Positions 1-12,304 are shown, counted from the stretch's first letter. The stretch: 64,000 nucleotides of DNA from Clostridia bacterium (GCA_050950825.1 JBMNIH010000003.1:352001-416000), one strand, 5' to 3'. The notes: generated by a model not told the origin, from the letters alone. Program-made: numbers and translations.

Positions 1-1467
<1,467 letters not shown>

Positions 1468-1484
1468 CGGCAACCATTATATAA

Positions 1485-2957
1485 TTAATCGGATAAGATA
1501 TCAATAGCTTTTCGCAATTGTTTGTCTGCATCTTGCTTCATTTTCGCTACATCCCGGTTTAAAGCCTTTTGTGTCTCGAAGTTCAAGCTTCCTGTCGCCG
1601 TCAGCCCATTATCTTTTTGGTATTGTTTGATGATCTCGGAAGCTCTTTCATCCAACGTGTCGCTGTTCAATTCCGTTTGGTATCCCGCCGCTTTCAAAAT
1701 GTATTTGGCCAACAGGATTTCCGGCCCCTTGTCGCCCGGATTATACTCTTTCACCTCGTACAAAGTGCTTAAGGACTCAATATTGACATCGTTTTGGGTC
1801 AAAATGTTCAAAATAACCTTGTGAGGTCTTACGCCTACGTTGTTAATCCTTCTTCCCGCAGGTGTCAAATATTCTCCTACCGTTAACTTCAAATAGCCCA
1901 TAATGTACCGTTCGGGAACAAAAATACCGTATTCGAACAAGTCGTAATAGCTGATCATCGGTATCTTGGTAGCATCGTAGCAAATTTTAAAGGCTTCATA
2001 ATTGACAATGGGAATCAGCTGTTGAAAAACGGATTTCCCCCAAGTTTTTTCACCGATCACCGTGCCGCAGTAGGTATCTCTTATGGCTCCGGCCAAAAGC
2101 TCCGAGGAGCTTGCCGTATACTTGTTCACCAATACCACCAAATTATACGGATTTTCCGTCAAGTCGTTGGTATATACGATATCTTGAACGCGGTCCGATT
2201 CATAGTCCAACACGGATATAACACCGCCCGGCACGAAATGCTTCGCCACGTTGACGGCCGCTTGGACGCTTCCTCCTCCGTTGTTCCTCAAATCCAATAT
2301 GATATTGTCAATTCCGGCTTTTTTTACTTCCTCCATAGCCCTGTCAAAAAATACATCGGCATCAAAGGAAAACGTAGAAATTTTTATGTACGCGATACGG
2401 TCGTCGATAAATTTCAACGTCACCGGATTGATGACAATATGCTTTCGAACCACATCAAAATACAAAATTTTGTCGCTGCCGCCTCTTTTCACTCCGATTC
2501 TTACCGTGGTTCCGCTTTTTCCTTTAATATAATTTACCGCAACGGTGGAAGTCATTCCGGTCAGGTCCTTATCGTCGGCGGATACGATAACGTCCCCTAT
2601 CATCAAACCGGCTTCCCTTGCCGGAGAATCCTCTAAAAATTCTACAATCGTGATTCCTCCTGCAATATCCGATACCATAATGCCGATTCCTTCAACGGAG
2701 TTTTCCAACTGCTGAAAAAGAACCTCGGCTTCTTCCAAATCGTAATATTCCGTAAATTCGTCAAGGCTTTCAAACATGTTACGAATCATCTTCTCGTAAA
2801 CCGCTTGGTTGTCCAGATCCCCTTTATACATATCGACGATCATGTCAAAAACCGACTGTATGTATTCTCCCCCGTCGGCTGCCGATACCGAGATAGGCGT
2901 GACAAGAATCGCCGCAATTACGACTATCGTCAAAACAGAAGATAAAAACTTTTTCAT
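1485..2957 (-). CDS. S41 family C-terminal processing protease (PDZ domain, C-terminal peptidoglycan-binding domain)
   Basis: Signal peptide; PDZ motif GIGI; LDLRNNGGG, TASSSE and TWGKS motifs; YQKDNGLTATG PG-binding motif. Confidence 0.9.
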   Translation of the reverse strand: MKKFLSSVLTIVVIAAILVTPISVSAADGGEYIQSVFDMIVDMYKGDLDNQAVYEKMIRNMFESLDEFTEYYDLEEAEVLFQQLENSVEGIGIMVSDIAGGITIVEFLEDSPAREAGLMIGDVIVSADDKDLTGMTSTVAVNYIKGKSGTTVRIGVKRGGSDKILYFDVVRKHIVINPVTLKFIDDRIAYIKISTFSFDADVFFDRAMEEVKKAGIDNIILDLRNNGGGSVQAAVNVAKHFVPGGVISVLDYESDRVQDIVYTNDLTENPYNLVVLVNKYTASSSELLAGAIRDTYCGTVIGEKTWGKSVFQQLIPIVNYEAFKICYDATKIPMISYYDLFEYGIFVPERYIMGYLKLTVGEYLTPAGRRINNVGVRPHKVILNILTQNDVNIESLSTLYEVKEYNPGDKGPEILLAKYILKAAGYQTELNSDTLDERASEIIKQYQKDNGLTATGSLNFETQKALNRDVAKMKQDADKQLRKAIDILSD

Positions 2958-3147
2958 GATAAAATGCTCCCCCTCCGGTTTTCTTAAGTTCAACCTTTCA
3001 ATTGTCAAACCCCACTTTTCCATTATACCGGTAAACTCAAGGAATTGAAATAAATAGATGTTAAAACATAATAAAAATACGACGCACCTTTACAAGCGGC
3101 ATCCCCGTTACGTAAACATGCATCGTATTTTCGGGTTTTTCTCAAAT

Positions 3148-3588
3148 TCAGTTTTTGGTTATTTCTCGAACGCTTAAATTAAAATCGTTTTCTACGTATT
3201 GGTTGTCATCGATACGAATGTGATAAGCCACCTTAATGGAGCCTCCCTCGTCACCGATATCCACCTTCATGTACTCCGTAAATACATCCACGGTAAAAGC
3301 GCCTTCCCGGATATCGTAGTGGGAAAAATGGTTTAATCCTTGCTCGAAAACAAATTGTGAATTCACTTTCCCGCTTCTGGTAAGTGTGACCTTGTTTTGA
3401 TTTACATGAAGCACCGTCTTCGTTCCCTCCATGCCGGTCACTATACTTTCATCGTATTCAACAAAATACTCCTGGCCTTTTTTTATGTATTTTCCTTCGG
3501 TAATAAGCTCCATATTTTCCCGAAGTGTACCTCCGGTTCCGCTTACCGATATGATCACGTCTTTTCTCAAAGTTAGAACCTCCGTCAC
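3148..3588 (-). CDS. DUF1934-like beta-barrel protein
   Basis: 146-aa ORF with YDES..GMEGTKT and VTLTRSG..SQFVFEQG patterns. Confidence 0.75.
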   Translation of the reverse strand: MTEVLTLRKDVIISVSGTGGTLRENMELITEGKYIKKGQEYFVEYDESIVTGMEGTKTVLHVNQNKVTLTRSGKVNSQFVFEQGLNHFSHYDIREGAFTVDVFTEYMKVDIGDEGGSIKVAYHIRIDDNQYVENDFNLSVREITKN

Positions 3589-3660
3589 GATTATGTGCCC
3601 TACATCAGGTAATACTCTACTTCTTTTTTAAAATGATGTCAATAGAATTAATTACCCAAA

Positions 3661-4731
3661 TCAATACTCCGTTTTAAAGCTCTTTACATAATCGTACCTA
3701 TTAAAACCGTATTCGATCAAACGTGTAATCAGTTCCTTCCCGTTGATCCCTTCTTTTTCCCAAAGCTTGGGATACATGCTGATGGAAGTGAAGCCGGGAA
3801 TGGTGTTAATTTCATTGATACAGACCCTTTGCTCCTCCGTATTCACAAAAAAGTCGATTCGTGCAAATCCGCTGCAGTCCATGGCTTTGTATGCGGCAAC
3901 GGCATAGTCCTTTACTTTTTGCTCTAAGCCCTTATCCAATCCGGAAGGAATAATAACCTTCGAGTCTTGGCTTATATACTTGGCATGGTAATCGTAAAAC
4001 TCGTTACCGGCAATGATTTTTCCGGTCCCGGATACAAGGGGTTCTTCGTTCCCCATAACGGAGATTTCAATTTCCAAGCCTTTGATATATTCTTCCACCA
4101 ATACTCGGCCGTCGTATTGCAGAGCCAATTGAAGGGCGGCGGACAGCTGCTCTTTGTCATAAACCTTCGAAACTCCGACGGAAGAGCCTGCATTGGCCGG
4201 CTTGACAAAACAAGGATATTCGATCGCTTCCTCGCATGCTCGGATGCATTCGTCGAGTTTTTCTTCAATATCCCTTTTCAATAAGGTTACGTATTTCCCT
4301 TGGGGTATCCCTACCGTTTCGAAGACCGCTTTGGCTATGCTTTTGTCCATGCAGCCGGATGAAGCCAAAACGCCGCATCCCACATAAGGAATGTCAAGAA
4401 CCTGTAAGAAACCTTGAATGGTTCCGTCTTCCCCGTTTTTCCCGTGAAGAACGGGGAAAACGATATCAATATTCTTCAATTCCTTGATGAATTGCTCCGT
4501 TTTATACAAAGGCTGCGGACCTTGTTCCGCTTCCTTCACCCAAGACCCGTTTTCAATATTTTCCGTATTGCCTTCATACAAATACCATACTCCCTTTTTG
4601 GTAATTCCAAAAAGACGAACATCGTATTTTTCCCGATCAATGTTGCGAATTACAAAAACCGCTGAACGGCATGACACTTCGTGTTCGGTGGACATTCCAC
4701 CGAAAAGAACCGCTACGTTTGCTTTTTTCAT
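3661..4731 (-). CDS. ddl: D-alanine--D-alanine ligase
   Basis: FGGMSTEHEVS, HGKNGEDGTIQG, KPANAGSSVG and NEINTIPGFT motifs. Confidence 0.96.
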   Translation of the reverse strand: MKKANVAVLFGGMSTEHEVSCRSAVFVIRNIDREKYDVRLFGITKKGVWYLYEGNTENIENGSWVKEAEQGPQPLYKTEQFIKELKNIDIVFPVLHGKNGEDGTIQGFLQVLDIPYVGCGVLASSGCMDKSIAKAVFETVGIPQGKYVTLLKRDIEEKLDECIRACEEAIEYPCFVKPANAGSSVGVSKVYDKEQLSAALQLALQYDGRVLVEEYIKGLEIEISVMGNEEPLVSGTGKIIAGNEFYDYHAKYISQDSKVIIPSGLDKGLEQKVKDYAVAAYKAMDCSGFARIDFFVNTEEQRVCINEINTIPGFTSISMYPKLWEKEGINGKELITRLIEYGFNRYDYVKSFKTEY

Positions 4732-4741
4732 ATAAATCCTT

Positions 4742-5245
4742 TCAATAACAATCGATGATTTCTCCGATATAGAATACGTGGTAATCCTTTTTCGGATAAT
4801 GTCTTTTATCAATTTCTTTATTCAGAAAAGTCGGATCCATGGCCTGCCGGTACAGGATCTTGCACTCGTATTGGGTTTCGCATCCTTCCACCACAGGTGC
4901 ATTCACCGATCTTCCTTCTCCCTTTTTCAATCCCGCCAATTCGAATTTATCTCGGTCGCGGCCGGATACCGTACCGCAAATTTGCAAAGCCTCCTTCATC
5001 TCGTCAGCCTTCGGCACGCCCACAATAAAAACGTCGGAATTCGACAAAAGCTCGTGGGTATATCGGGTAGGCCGTACCACCACGTTTAAAACGGGTTTTC
5101 CCCACATGACGCCGATGAACCCCCAGCCGATGGTCATTACGTTGTCCCTTTCTTTATCTCTTGTACACAAAAACATTCCTTTCGGCATTTGCAGATTGAA
5201 ACGATCGGATAATTCGCCTAAATCTTTTAATTTCACCTCAATCAC
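4742..5245 (-). CDS. Flavin reductase family (flavoredoxin-like) protein
   Basis: NVMTIGWG, VRPTRYT and CGTVSGRDRDK motifs. Confidence 0.88.
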   Translation of the reverse strand: MIEVKLKDLGELSDRFNLQMPKGMFLCTRDKERDNVMTIGWGFIGVMWGKPVLNVVVRPTRYTHELLSNSDVFIVGVPKADEMKEALQICGTVSGRDRDKFELAGLKKGEGRSVNAPVVEGCETQYECKILYRQAMDPTFLNKEIDKRHYPKKDYHVFYIGEIIDCY

Positions 5246-5324
5246 CGCTTTCCCAAATGATTTTGTCAGCTCATATTATATACCATTCGGCAGGGGAATG
5301 AATCATTTTTGCCGGTTGATTTTT

Positions 5325-5951
5325 CTATGCTCCGCCGTCCAAAACCAAGCTTACGGATCGGGGAAACGGATTGTCAAACTTGAAATGCCCGGCATATTCT
5401 TCCCGAAGCTCTCCGTTGATCTTAAATACTACGGATTGAATATCCTTCAATTCGGTGAGGGAGTTTACAATGGAATAGATGGTCAGCGCCTCTAATGTTT
5501 TTCCGCCTGGATGATTTTCCACAAAAGCATCGTTTAAGTTCACAATGGCCTTATCTCCGTCGATTTCCACCGTGTCCAGCAAAGCACTGTCTTCCGGTAT
5601 GACGGCTTTTAAATCCGAATCGGAAGGACCAAGCAGCAATTGGTTCACAATAGCCGTAGCAAGGCTTGCGGTGCTTTTGGCCGCTTCTTCAATGGGAATG
5701 TACCGAACCTCCGTGGCAAGTCCCGTCAAATCCTCGTTACCGAAATACAGATAAACGGGAACTCTCTGAGGCTTTAAGGTTTCATTGGATACGGCGGATA
5801 TCCCGCTGACAGGAGCCGTTTCTTCCCCCCCTAGAGTAAAAACAAGTACGGCCGTCACCGCGCAAGCGACAATCAGCAATCCGGCCAGATAGTATTTCAG
5901 ATTTTTTCTTAAGTTCAACCGGGCCAACCGATTTTTTAACATTTTTATCAT
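5325..5951 (-). CDS. GerMN domain-containing membrane-anchored protein
   Basis: N-terminal TM helix; LYF, LLLGP and IYSIVNSLTE GerMN pattern. Confidence 0.85.
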   Translation of the reverse strand: MIKMLKNRLARLNLRKNLKYYLAGLLIVACAVTAVLVFTLGGEETAPVSGISAVSNETLKPQRVPVYLYFGNEDLTGLATEVRYIPIEEAAKSTASLATAIVNQLLLGPSDSDLKAVIPEDSALLDTVEIDGDKAIVNLNDAFVENHPGGKTLEALTIYSIVNSLTELKDIQSVVFKINGELREEYAGHFKFDNPFPRSVSLVLDGGA

Positions 5952-6084
5952 CCTGCCTTTCTACCGATAATATTGGAATCATGTCAAAGACTATCTAATT
6001 ATTATGCCTTCCCCTTCCCTATTATTCTTTTAAAAAAGGACAGGAATTTATAAAATTTACGGCAGGATGAAAAAATCTAAAAAA

Positions 6085-7881
6085 TCAAGCTGCGGACTCC
6101 CCTTCCTCCGGCTTATCGATGTAGTAGGAGAACTGCGCATTTTGGTATTTTGTCAGCCATTCCTCATAAGTCATATCTTTTTTCAAGTTCGCATAGATGG
6201 CTTCCCAAACCCTTCGATCCGAACAGTTGTAATCCCAAGAACAAACCCCCGCCAAGTTATACTTAAGCACCAAGGAGGTCTTGTAGTTTAAAGAGTTCTC
6301 GTCTTCGATCCACATTCTGTACAAGGAATCCCCTTCTCGGTATTCCAAATAGAATTGCTTGCTCACGTCGTCCCAAGTGATGGATGCGCCTTCGCTGGCT
6401 TTTGCAATGTTCCGCATACCTTGGATGGAAGGTGTTTTTGCGGTTTTGACCGAAACCTTGCCGTCGGTTGTTACGGTTTCCTCCCAAAGCCTTGAATAAA
6501 ACGGTATGCCTAAAAGCAGCTTTTCATTGGGCACCATTTCCAAGGTCCTTCTCAGGCGGTTTTCCACCCATACGTATTGGGCTACGGAGCCTGCAACCGG
6601 GCTGCCGTGCCAGTGCTGGTCGTAAGTCATCAGCATGACGTAATCCATAATTTCGCCTAAGGCTTGGTGATCATAACACAAGGAATAGGTATCGCTTCCG
6701 TCCGGTACGCCTACGTCGATGGATACCGTCAGTCCCTGTTCTTTTAACAAAGGCACCGCTTCTCGCATTAATTGGGTCAGCATATCCTTGTCTTGCTTTA
6801 ACACGTTTTCAAAATCAAAATTAATCCCGTCCACTTCGTATAAAGAAGCAAAAACAAGAAGCTGCCGAATCAGGTTTTCCCGCGCTTCCGTGCTGTTTAA
6901 AAGCCGGCTTGTTTCTTGGGCGTCGGAAAAATTGTTTACCACCATGGCCCACACCTTGTATCCCTGTTCATGGGCCCATCTTGTGTAATTCAGGTCGGCT
7001 ATGTTTTTTAAGTTTCCGTGTTCGTCGATCACCTCGAACCATCGAGGAGACAAAACGTCCAATCCGTCAATTTTTTCTACTCCGGTCATGTCGGGTGTGC
7101 CGGAATACATGCTGTGCCAGGACAAGCTGATTTTCCCGGTTTCCGGTTTCCAAGAAAAATCCCGAGGAGGAACGTAAGGTATATGGATCACGGTTACCCA
7201 ACTGACACCCACGTCATCCTTTTGAACATACCCTACGGTCCCGTTGTCCAGCCGTACTTTGTACCAATCCTTGTATTCTTCAAAAACCCTCATGGTATCG
7301 CCGAAGCTCAATACGGCCAGCACTTCTCTTTTAATAGACCGGCCGTTTCTTAAATAGGCTTTTTCGGTGATCACGCGAGCTTCTTGGACCATCCGGTTCA
7401 AATAGTCAATGATAACAATATCGCTTTCACGGACATAGCGGATTTCGATGCTGTAAAATTCTTTTAAAAACTCGATGGGTACGTATACCTTGTTATTGAT
7501 CTCCGTAACCGGTATATCCAATTTCACCGGATTGTTGTTGATATAGGCTTGGAGCTTTTCCGTTTCCATTCGTATGACTTTGTCTTTCGTGGTCACGGTG
7601 AGTTTTTTCTCTTTGGCATCCCACAGGATATTTTTATCGATATAGGTGCGAACGGCTTCCACGGGCAACAGAATGCGGTCTTGGTAGAATAGCGGATTCA
7701 TGGATTTCGGCGCTTTTTCCGCTCCTACCATTAAGATGGTTTCGGTATGATCAAAAGGATCGATCATGCTCGTGACCGGCACATATCGATCCACATACGC
7801 TTGGTATACGGTTTTAACCGCAAGATAAGACCCTCCGGCAATAAAAACGAGAAGAAGAATTAAAACAAGTGCTTTTTTCAC
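6085..7881 (-). CDS. Glycoside hydrolase family 18 protein with copper-amine-oxidase-N-like and SH3b domains
   Basis: DGINFDFE catalytic motif, MTYDQHW; SH3b pattern WYKVRLDNGTVGYV. Confidence 0.9.
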   Translation of the reverse strand: MKKALVLILLLVFIAGGSYLAVKTVYQAYVDRYVPVTSMIDPFDHTETILMVGAEKAPKSMNPLFYQDRILLPVEAVRTYIDKNILWDAKEKKLTVTTKDKVIRMETEKLQAYINNNPVKLDIPVTEINNKVYVPIEFLKEFYSIEIRYVRESDIVIIDYLNRMVQEARVITEKAYLRNGRSIKREVLAVLSFGDTMRVFEEYKDWYKVRLDNGTVGYVQKDDVGVSWVTVIHIPYVPPRDFSWKPETGKISLSWHSMYSGTPDMTGVEKIDGLDVLSPRWFEVIDEHGNLKNIADLNYTRWAHEQGYKVWAMVVNNFSDAQETSRLLNSTEARENLIRQLLVFASLYEVDGINFDFENVLKQDKDMLTQLMREAVPLLKEQGLTVSIDVGVPDGSDTYSLCYDHQALGEIMDYVMLMTYDQHWHGSPVAGSVAQYVWVENRLRRTLEMVPNEKLLLGIPFYSRLWEETVTTDGKVSVKTAKTPSIQGMRNIAKASEGASITWDDVSKQFYLEYREGDSLYRMWIEDENSLNYKTSLVLKYNLAGVCSWDYNCSDRRVWEAIYANLKKDMTYEEWLTKYQNAQFSYYIDKPEEGESAA

Positions 7882-7926
7882 AACATGACCCCACTGTATA
7901 TCCGTTATTAATTAATAAAACAATAC

Positions 7927-8430
7927 TTAAGATATGAAAACGTTTCTCGGAGCTTTTTTTCGGAAATCCTGCAGCATTCTTTCGTTCGGTTCAAAGAAAA
8001 GAATGGTTCTTTCTCCTTTGTAAGGAGCAACCAAAAAGTATACGTCCTCGGATTCCATATGGGAAACCGCTTCGATCTTTTTTTGTATGGACTTGTATTC
8101 ACCCGTGTACTTTTCGCTCTTTAGCTTGGCCAAAATCTCCAAGTCCTTGCCTTCAATGGATAAAAGTCTTATTCTCTTTCTCTTGGCGATAATTTTATCC
8201 ACGTCCAAGTCGCCGTTTGTTACCGAATACTCGTATTCGACATGCCTTGCGGATATGAGATAAAACAGCCCGTATCCGATTCCGATTACCAAAAGCGGCG
8301 TCAGCATGCCCAAATTTAAAAACACCGTTAAAAATATCAAGAAAAACGCCGCTACTATCAGGCCGACGACAATTAAAAGATCTTGCATATCATAACGTTT
8401 TTTCACAATTTTCTCATTGAAAATATCCAT
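7927..8430 (-). CDS. Conserved membrane protein (DUF6106-like)
   Basis: Two TM helices followed by EYEYSVTNGDLDVDKIIAKRKR and FFEPN. Confidence 0.75.
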   Translation of the reverse strand: MDIFNEKIVKKRYDMQDLLIVVGLIVAAFFLIFLTVFLNLGMLTPLLVIGIGYGLFYLISARHVEYEYSVTNGDLDVDKIIAKRKRIRLLSIEGKDLEILAKLKSEKYTGEYKSIQKKIEAVSHMESEDVYFLVAPYKGERTILFFEPNERMLQDFRKKAPRNVFIS

Positions 8431-8553
8431 ATATAATTAATCCCCCGAATCATTTGAATCTGGAAGAATCGAAAAGACATTCGCTTCTTGCGATTATTAA
8501 TCATTATACATGATTTGAGAAAGGTTGTCCGGTAAAAATATATCCTTCATCCG

Positions 8554-9471
8554 TCAAGGCCGTAAGTAAAGCTTTTCTACCGTTTCCTTGTCCACAACTC
8601 CGATTTCTTCAAAGGTTGCGTTCGAAGCGGCGCAAGCCGTGGCAAAGCGCAGCATGTCGAAAGGCTTGTACCCTCTTTGTAGTCCGACGGCCAAGCCTGC
8701 CGTCATGGCGTCGCCGCAGCCGATGGTATTGACCGCGTTCACGGAAAAAGCCTTCATAAAATGGATTTGATCTTCAAAGGACAAAAACGCTCCTTCCGAT
8801 CCCATGGAAACGCATACATACGAAATGCCTTTTTCCCGAAGACGTCCGCAATATTCCGCTATTTGTTCCTTGCCGGGCTTTTCATTTCCCATTAATGCAC
8901 CCATTTCCCGAACATTGGGCTTGATCGCCGTCGGACCTGCTTCGATCCCCTTTTCGAGAGGTTGTCCGGATGCATCCAAAACGGTGTATTTTCCAAGATC
9001 CTTCGCAAAAAGTATGAGCGTTTTGTAAATATCCGGATCAACGCCCTTCGGAAGGCTTCCGCTTAACACAACCACCGAAGCCTCCTCCACGGCTTTTTTT
9101 GCCGTCTCGAAAAATTCATCGATTTTTTGAGGCGGTATCAAAGGCCCCGGTTCGGTAATTTCCGTTTCTTTCCCGGTTTTCAAATCCATAATGTTGACGG
9201 TGGTTCTGGTTTCTTGGTTTTCCAGCCAAACCGGTTTCGTCCGGACACCGCGGCCGTCCAAGTCGGATATAATGTATCGGCCGGCGGCTCCTGCGAAAAA
9301 GCCGGTAAGACAAACCGGCTCCTCCAAAGCGGCAACAACCTTCGCTACATTGACCCCTTTTCCTCCGGCGGAAACAAGAATCTTTTGCCCGCGGTTTAAC
9401 GTCCCGGTTTTCAATTCCTGCACATACACGATGCGGTCCAAACAAGGATTCAAGGATACGGCTAATATCAC
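8554..9471 (-). CDS. 1-phosphofructokinase family (PfkB) hexose kinase
   Basis: LNPCLD, AGGKGVNVA, SGSLP, IKPN and TIGCGDA motifs. Confidence 0.92.
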   Translation of the reverse strand: MILAVSLNPCLDRIVYVQELKTGTLNRGQKILVSAGGKGVNVAKVVAALEEPVCLTGFFAGAAGRYIISDLDGRGVRTKPVWLENQETRTTVNIMDLKTGKETEITEPGPLIPPQKIDEFFETAKKAVEEASVVVLSGSLPKGVDPDIYKTLILFAKDLGKYTVLDASGQPLEKGIEAGPTAIKPNVREMGALMGNEKPGKEQIAEYCGRLREKGISYVCVSMGSEGAFLSFEDQIHFMKAFSVNAVNTIGCGDAMTAGLAVGLQRGYKPFDMLRFATACAASNATFEEIGVVDKETVEKLYLRP

Positions 9472-9499
9472 GATATCATCTCCACGGATTCCATATTTT

Positions 9500-10837
9500 T
9501 TAGCTTCTCGCCACTTGGATCATAATGGCACATTCGATTCGTTTTTTCTGCAAGGTGCAGGCAATCTTATCCGGCTTGAAAATATCGCCGTTGGTATAAT
9601 AGGCGTTGGCATGACAGCCTCCGGAGCAAAAATATTTCGCCCAGCACCCTTTACAGTCTTCTTTTCCGAATACATGGGCGGAGGCAAACTTAAGCTGCAT
9701 CTGCCTGTCGGTAATTCCGGTTTCCAAGTCTCCGATGGCAAATTCCTCTTGCCCTACGAACTGATGGCAAGGATAGATTTTCCCGTCGGGAGCAACGGCT
9801 ACATACTCGGTTCCGGATCCGCAAGCGGTAATTCTTTTGGAAAGACAAGGTCCGTCGTAAATATCGATATTAAAATGATAGAACCGGTAATCCGTATCAT
9901 CTTTTGCGTACTCAATCGCAAATTTTTCGTATTCTCTTAAAATATCATCCAAATCTTCTTCTTTAATATGGAAGGATTCCCCCTTCCCGGTCACGGGCTC
10001 GATGGAAATTTCACGAAAACCCAAAGAACGGATATGGCGTACGTCCTCGGAAAAGTCCTTGTTCAAAGACGTAAAGGTACCTCGTATGAAATACGGTTTG
10101 CCTTTGCGATTATCCGTAATCTTTTTGGCGTTTTTCACGATTTGCTCGTAAGTCCCTTTTCCGGCTGCGTTCTTTCGCATCCGGTCGTTCACGCTCTTTC
10201 GGCCGTCCAAGCTGATTACGATATTTCCCATATGCTCGTTCAAAAATTCCGCTTGCTCTTCCGTAACGTGGACGGCATTGGTGGTCATGGTGAAGAAGAA
10301 TTTTTTCCCGAATTTTTCTTCCAAGCTTTTTCCGTATTCTACCGCCGCTTTCACAACGTCAAAATTCATTAAAGGCTCTCCGCCGAAGAAATCCACCTCG
10401 ATGTTTTTCCGCCTCCCGGAGTGCTCGACCAAATAATCCAACGCCTTTAAGGCGATTTCCTTGGACATTAACGATCGGCCGGTTTTGTAATCTCCCTTCG
10501 AGGCAAAGCAATATTCGCAGCGGAGATTGCAGTCATGAGCTACATGAAGACATATGGCTTTAAGCCCTTTGTAAAGGCTTAATTCCGGGTCCAAAGCAAT
10601 TTGGGGGTCCTCCGAATACAACACCCCTTCATCGTAAAGCTCTTTAATCTCCTGCCAGACGTCGGTCAAGCGATCTTCCGTATTCCTTCCTTTGAAAAGA
10701 CTCAGTACCTGCTCCTTTGTCGGCATCGTATCAAAGGCATTTAATATTTCATAAGTTATATCATCGGTTACATGAATACTGCCGGAGTTGACATCCAGCA
10801 CGATATTGTAACCGTTCATTTTATAGGTATGTATCAT
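9500..10837 (-). CDS. scfB: SCIFF/ranthipeptide radical SAM-SPASM maturase (CteB-like)
   Basis: N-terminal RRE region (IVLDVNSGSIHV), CNLRCEYC CX3CX2C motif, DFFGGEP, SPASM cysteines (CGSG..YPCHQF..CKGCWAKYFCSGGC). Confidence 0.9.
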   Translation of the reverse strand: MIHTYKMNGYNIVLDVNSGSIHVTDDITYEILNAFDTMPTKEQVLSLFKGRNTEDRLTDVWQEIKELYDEGVLYSEDPQIALDPELSLYKGLKAICLHVAHDCNLRCEYCFASKGDYKTGRSLMSKEIALKALDYLVEHSGRRKNIEVDFFGGEPLMNFDVVKAAVEYGKSLEEKFGKKFFFTMTTNAVHVTEEQAEFLNEHMGNIVISLDGRKSVNDRMRKNAAGKGTYEQIVKNAKKITDNRKGKPYFIRGTFTSLNKDFSEDVRHIRSLGFREISIEPVTGKGESFHIKEEDLDDILREYEKFAIEYAKDDTDYRFYHFNIDIYDGPCLSKRITACGSGTEYVAVAPDGKIYPCHQFVGQEEFAIGDLETGITDRQMQLKFASAHVFGKEDCKGCWAKYFCSGGCHANAYYTNGDIFKPDKIACTLQKKRIECAIMIQVARS

Positions 10838-10867
10838 TTTCCTTCTCCAAAACATTTATTGTCTGTC

Positions 10868-10900
10868 CATTATACATGACTTTGCCTTGCAGGTAAAGTA
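10868..10900 (-). promoter_or_regulatory. Putative sigma-A promoter for scfB (extended -10, TG-TATAAT)
   Basis: Minus strand reads GTCATGTATAATGG about 30 bp upstream of the start codon, downstream of a terminator hairpin at about 10933-10968. Confidence 0.55.
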
Positions 10901-11010
10901 TCGGAAAATCATGCCGGAAAACGGTATAAAAAAAGAAACACAATCTTTTAAAAAAGATCATGTTTCCTTGTAGGATCTAAGCCAAACTAATTTTATCAAT
11001 AGTTATTTTA

Positions 11011-12304
11011 TCAATAGTTTTTTCTTGCGTATTCGTCGGCCTTGTCAATCATAGCCTGGTGCTGTTGGTCTACGCGATTGGTGCTATGGGTTTTGCTCAT
11101 ATAGAAGTGAACGTCGAAAACGCCGTGCATGTTATTTCCTTTTACCGCGTCCAAGTTATCCCCGTATCCGTAGGCCGCCGCTTCGATCATAGACCTTGAC
11201 GGCGGAAGGCTTGTCATCCCGCCCCGCATGAGGCATTCCCGCCATGGAAGCCGCAATATAGGTATCGCCTACGATAAGGATAATGGCTCTTCTTTCCCAA
11301 CTGAAGCTGCCGCCAAACACGCTTTTCATAATGGCGGTATCTTGAGCCGTTAACGTTTCGGTATCGGCATGATTGTAACCGAAGGTTCTTTTGACCTGAA
11401 ACGTTTTACCGGTGTCGATATCCAAAACGGTAGCAACCGTTCCGATTTTGAAAATGTTTTGCGCTTGACTCCAAGGAATCTTAAAAGTATTGTTGGACGG
11501 AGAAGAATAGCTTGCAGCCAAAGCACTTTGGCCGGTTACGGTCGTGACTTTTCCGGCGATAATGTCTTGAATCAACGAGTAGGTTTCCGCACCTACCACA
11601 CCGTCGCTCACTTTACCGTACTTGTATTGAAGATTCTTCACCGCTTGCTCCGTATAGGAACCGAAATAGCCCGTACACGTACCGGAAAAATAGCCGATTA
11701 ACTTCAAATTTTCTTGTAAGGCTTTTACTTCCGCTCCGGACATTCCTTTTTTCAAAACGACGTTCCGATATGTTTGTGCCGTAAGAGCTCTTTTGATTGT
11801 TTCCGCCGTTTTTGACCCTACCACACCGTCACTGTACAAATTATATGCTCTTTGGAAAGCCTTTACGGCATTTTCGGTTGCTTCTCCGAAATACCCGGTT
11901 GCATTACCGCTAAAATACCCTAACGCTTTCAAGTCCTCCTGCAATTGAGAAACATCATCGCCGGATAAGCCTTCCTTTAGGGTTCGGCTATAGGATTCAT
12001 TTCGCTCCAGCAATGAACGGATTAAAGACAACGTCTGAGACCCTGCGATTCCGTCTTGTATGTACCCGTTACTACCTTGCAGTTTTTTCACCGCTTGTTC
12101 TGTCACATCACCATAATATCCCGTGCACTCCTCTTGGAAATACCCCAATTTCTTTAAATCTCTCTGGAGCTGCACTACTTGTTCCCCACTCATTCCTTTT
12201 TGCAGGAGAGTCGATGCTGATACTTTGGAACCGATCGGCACTGTCAGAAGCACCAAGGATAAAATACAGGCCGCGGCTCCTTTCGCTTTTAGCATTCGCG
12301 ACAA
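11011..12304 (-). pseudogene. Secreted protein with three peptidoglycan-binding repeats; single-base frameshift near 11174 (real lesion or sequencing error)
   Basis: ORF 11156..12304 has three PG_binding_1 repeats; removing one C from GGCGGCCTAC joins it in frame to YGYGDNLDAVKGNNMHGVFDVHF... of ORF 11011..11256. Confidence 0.75.
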
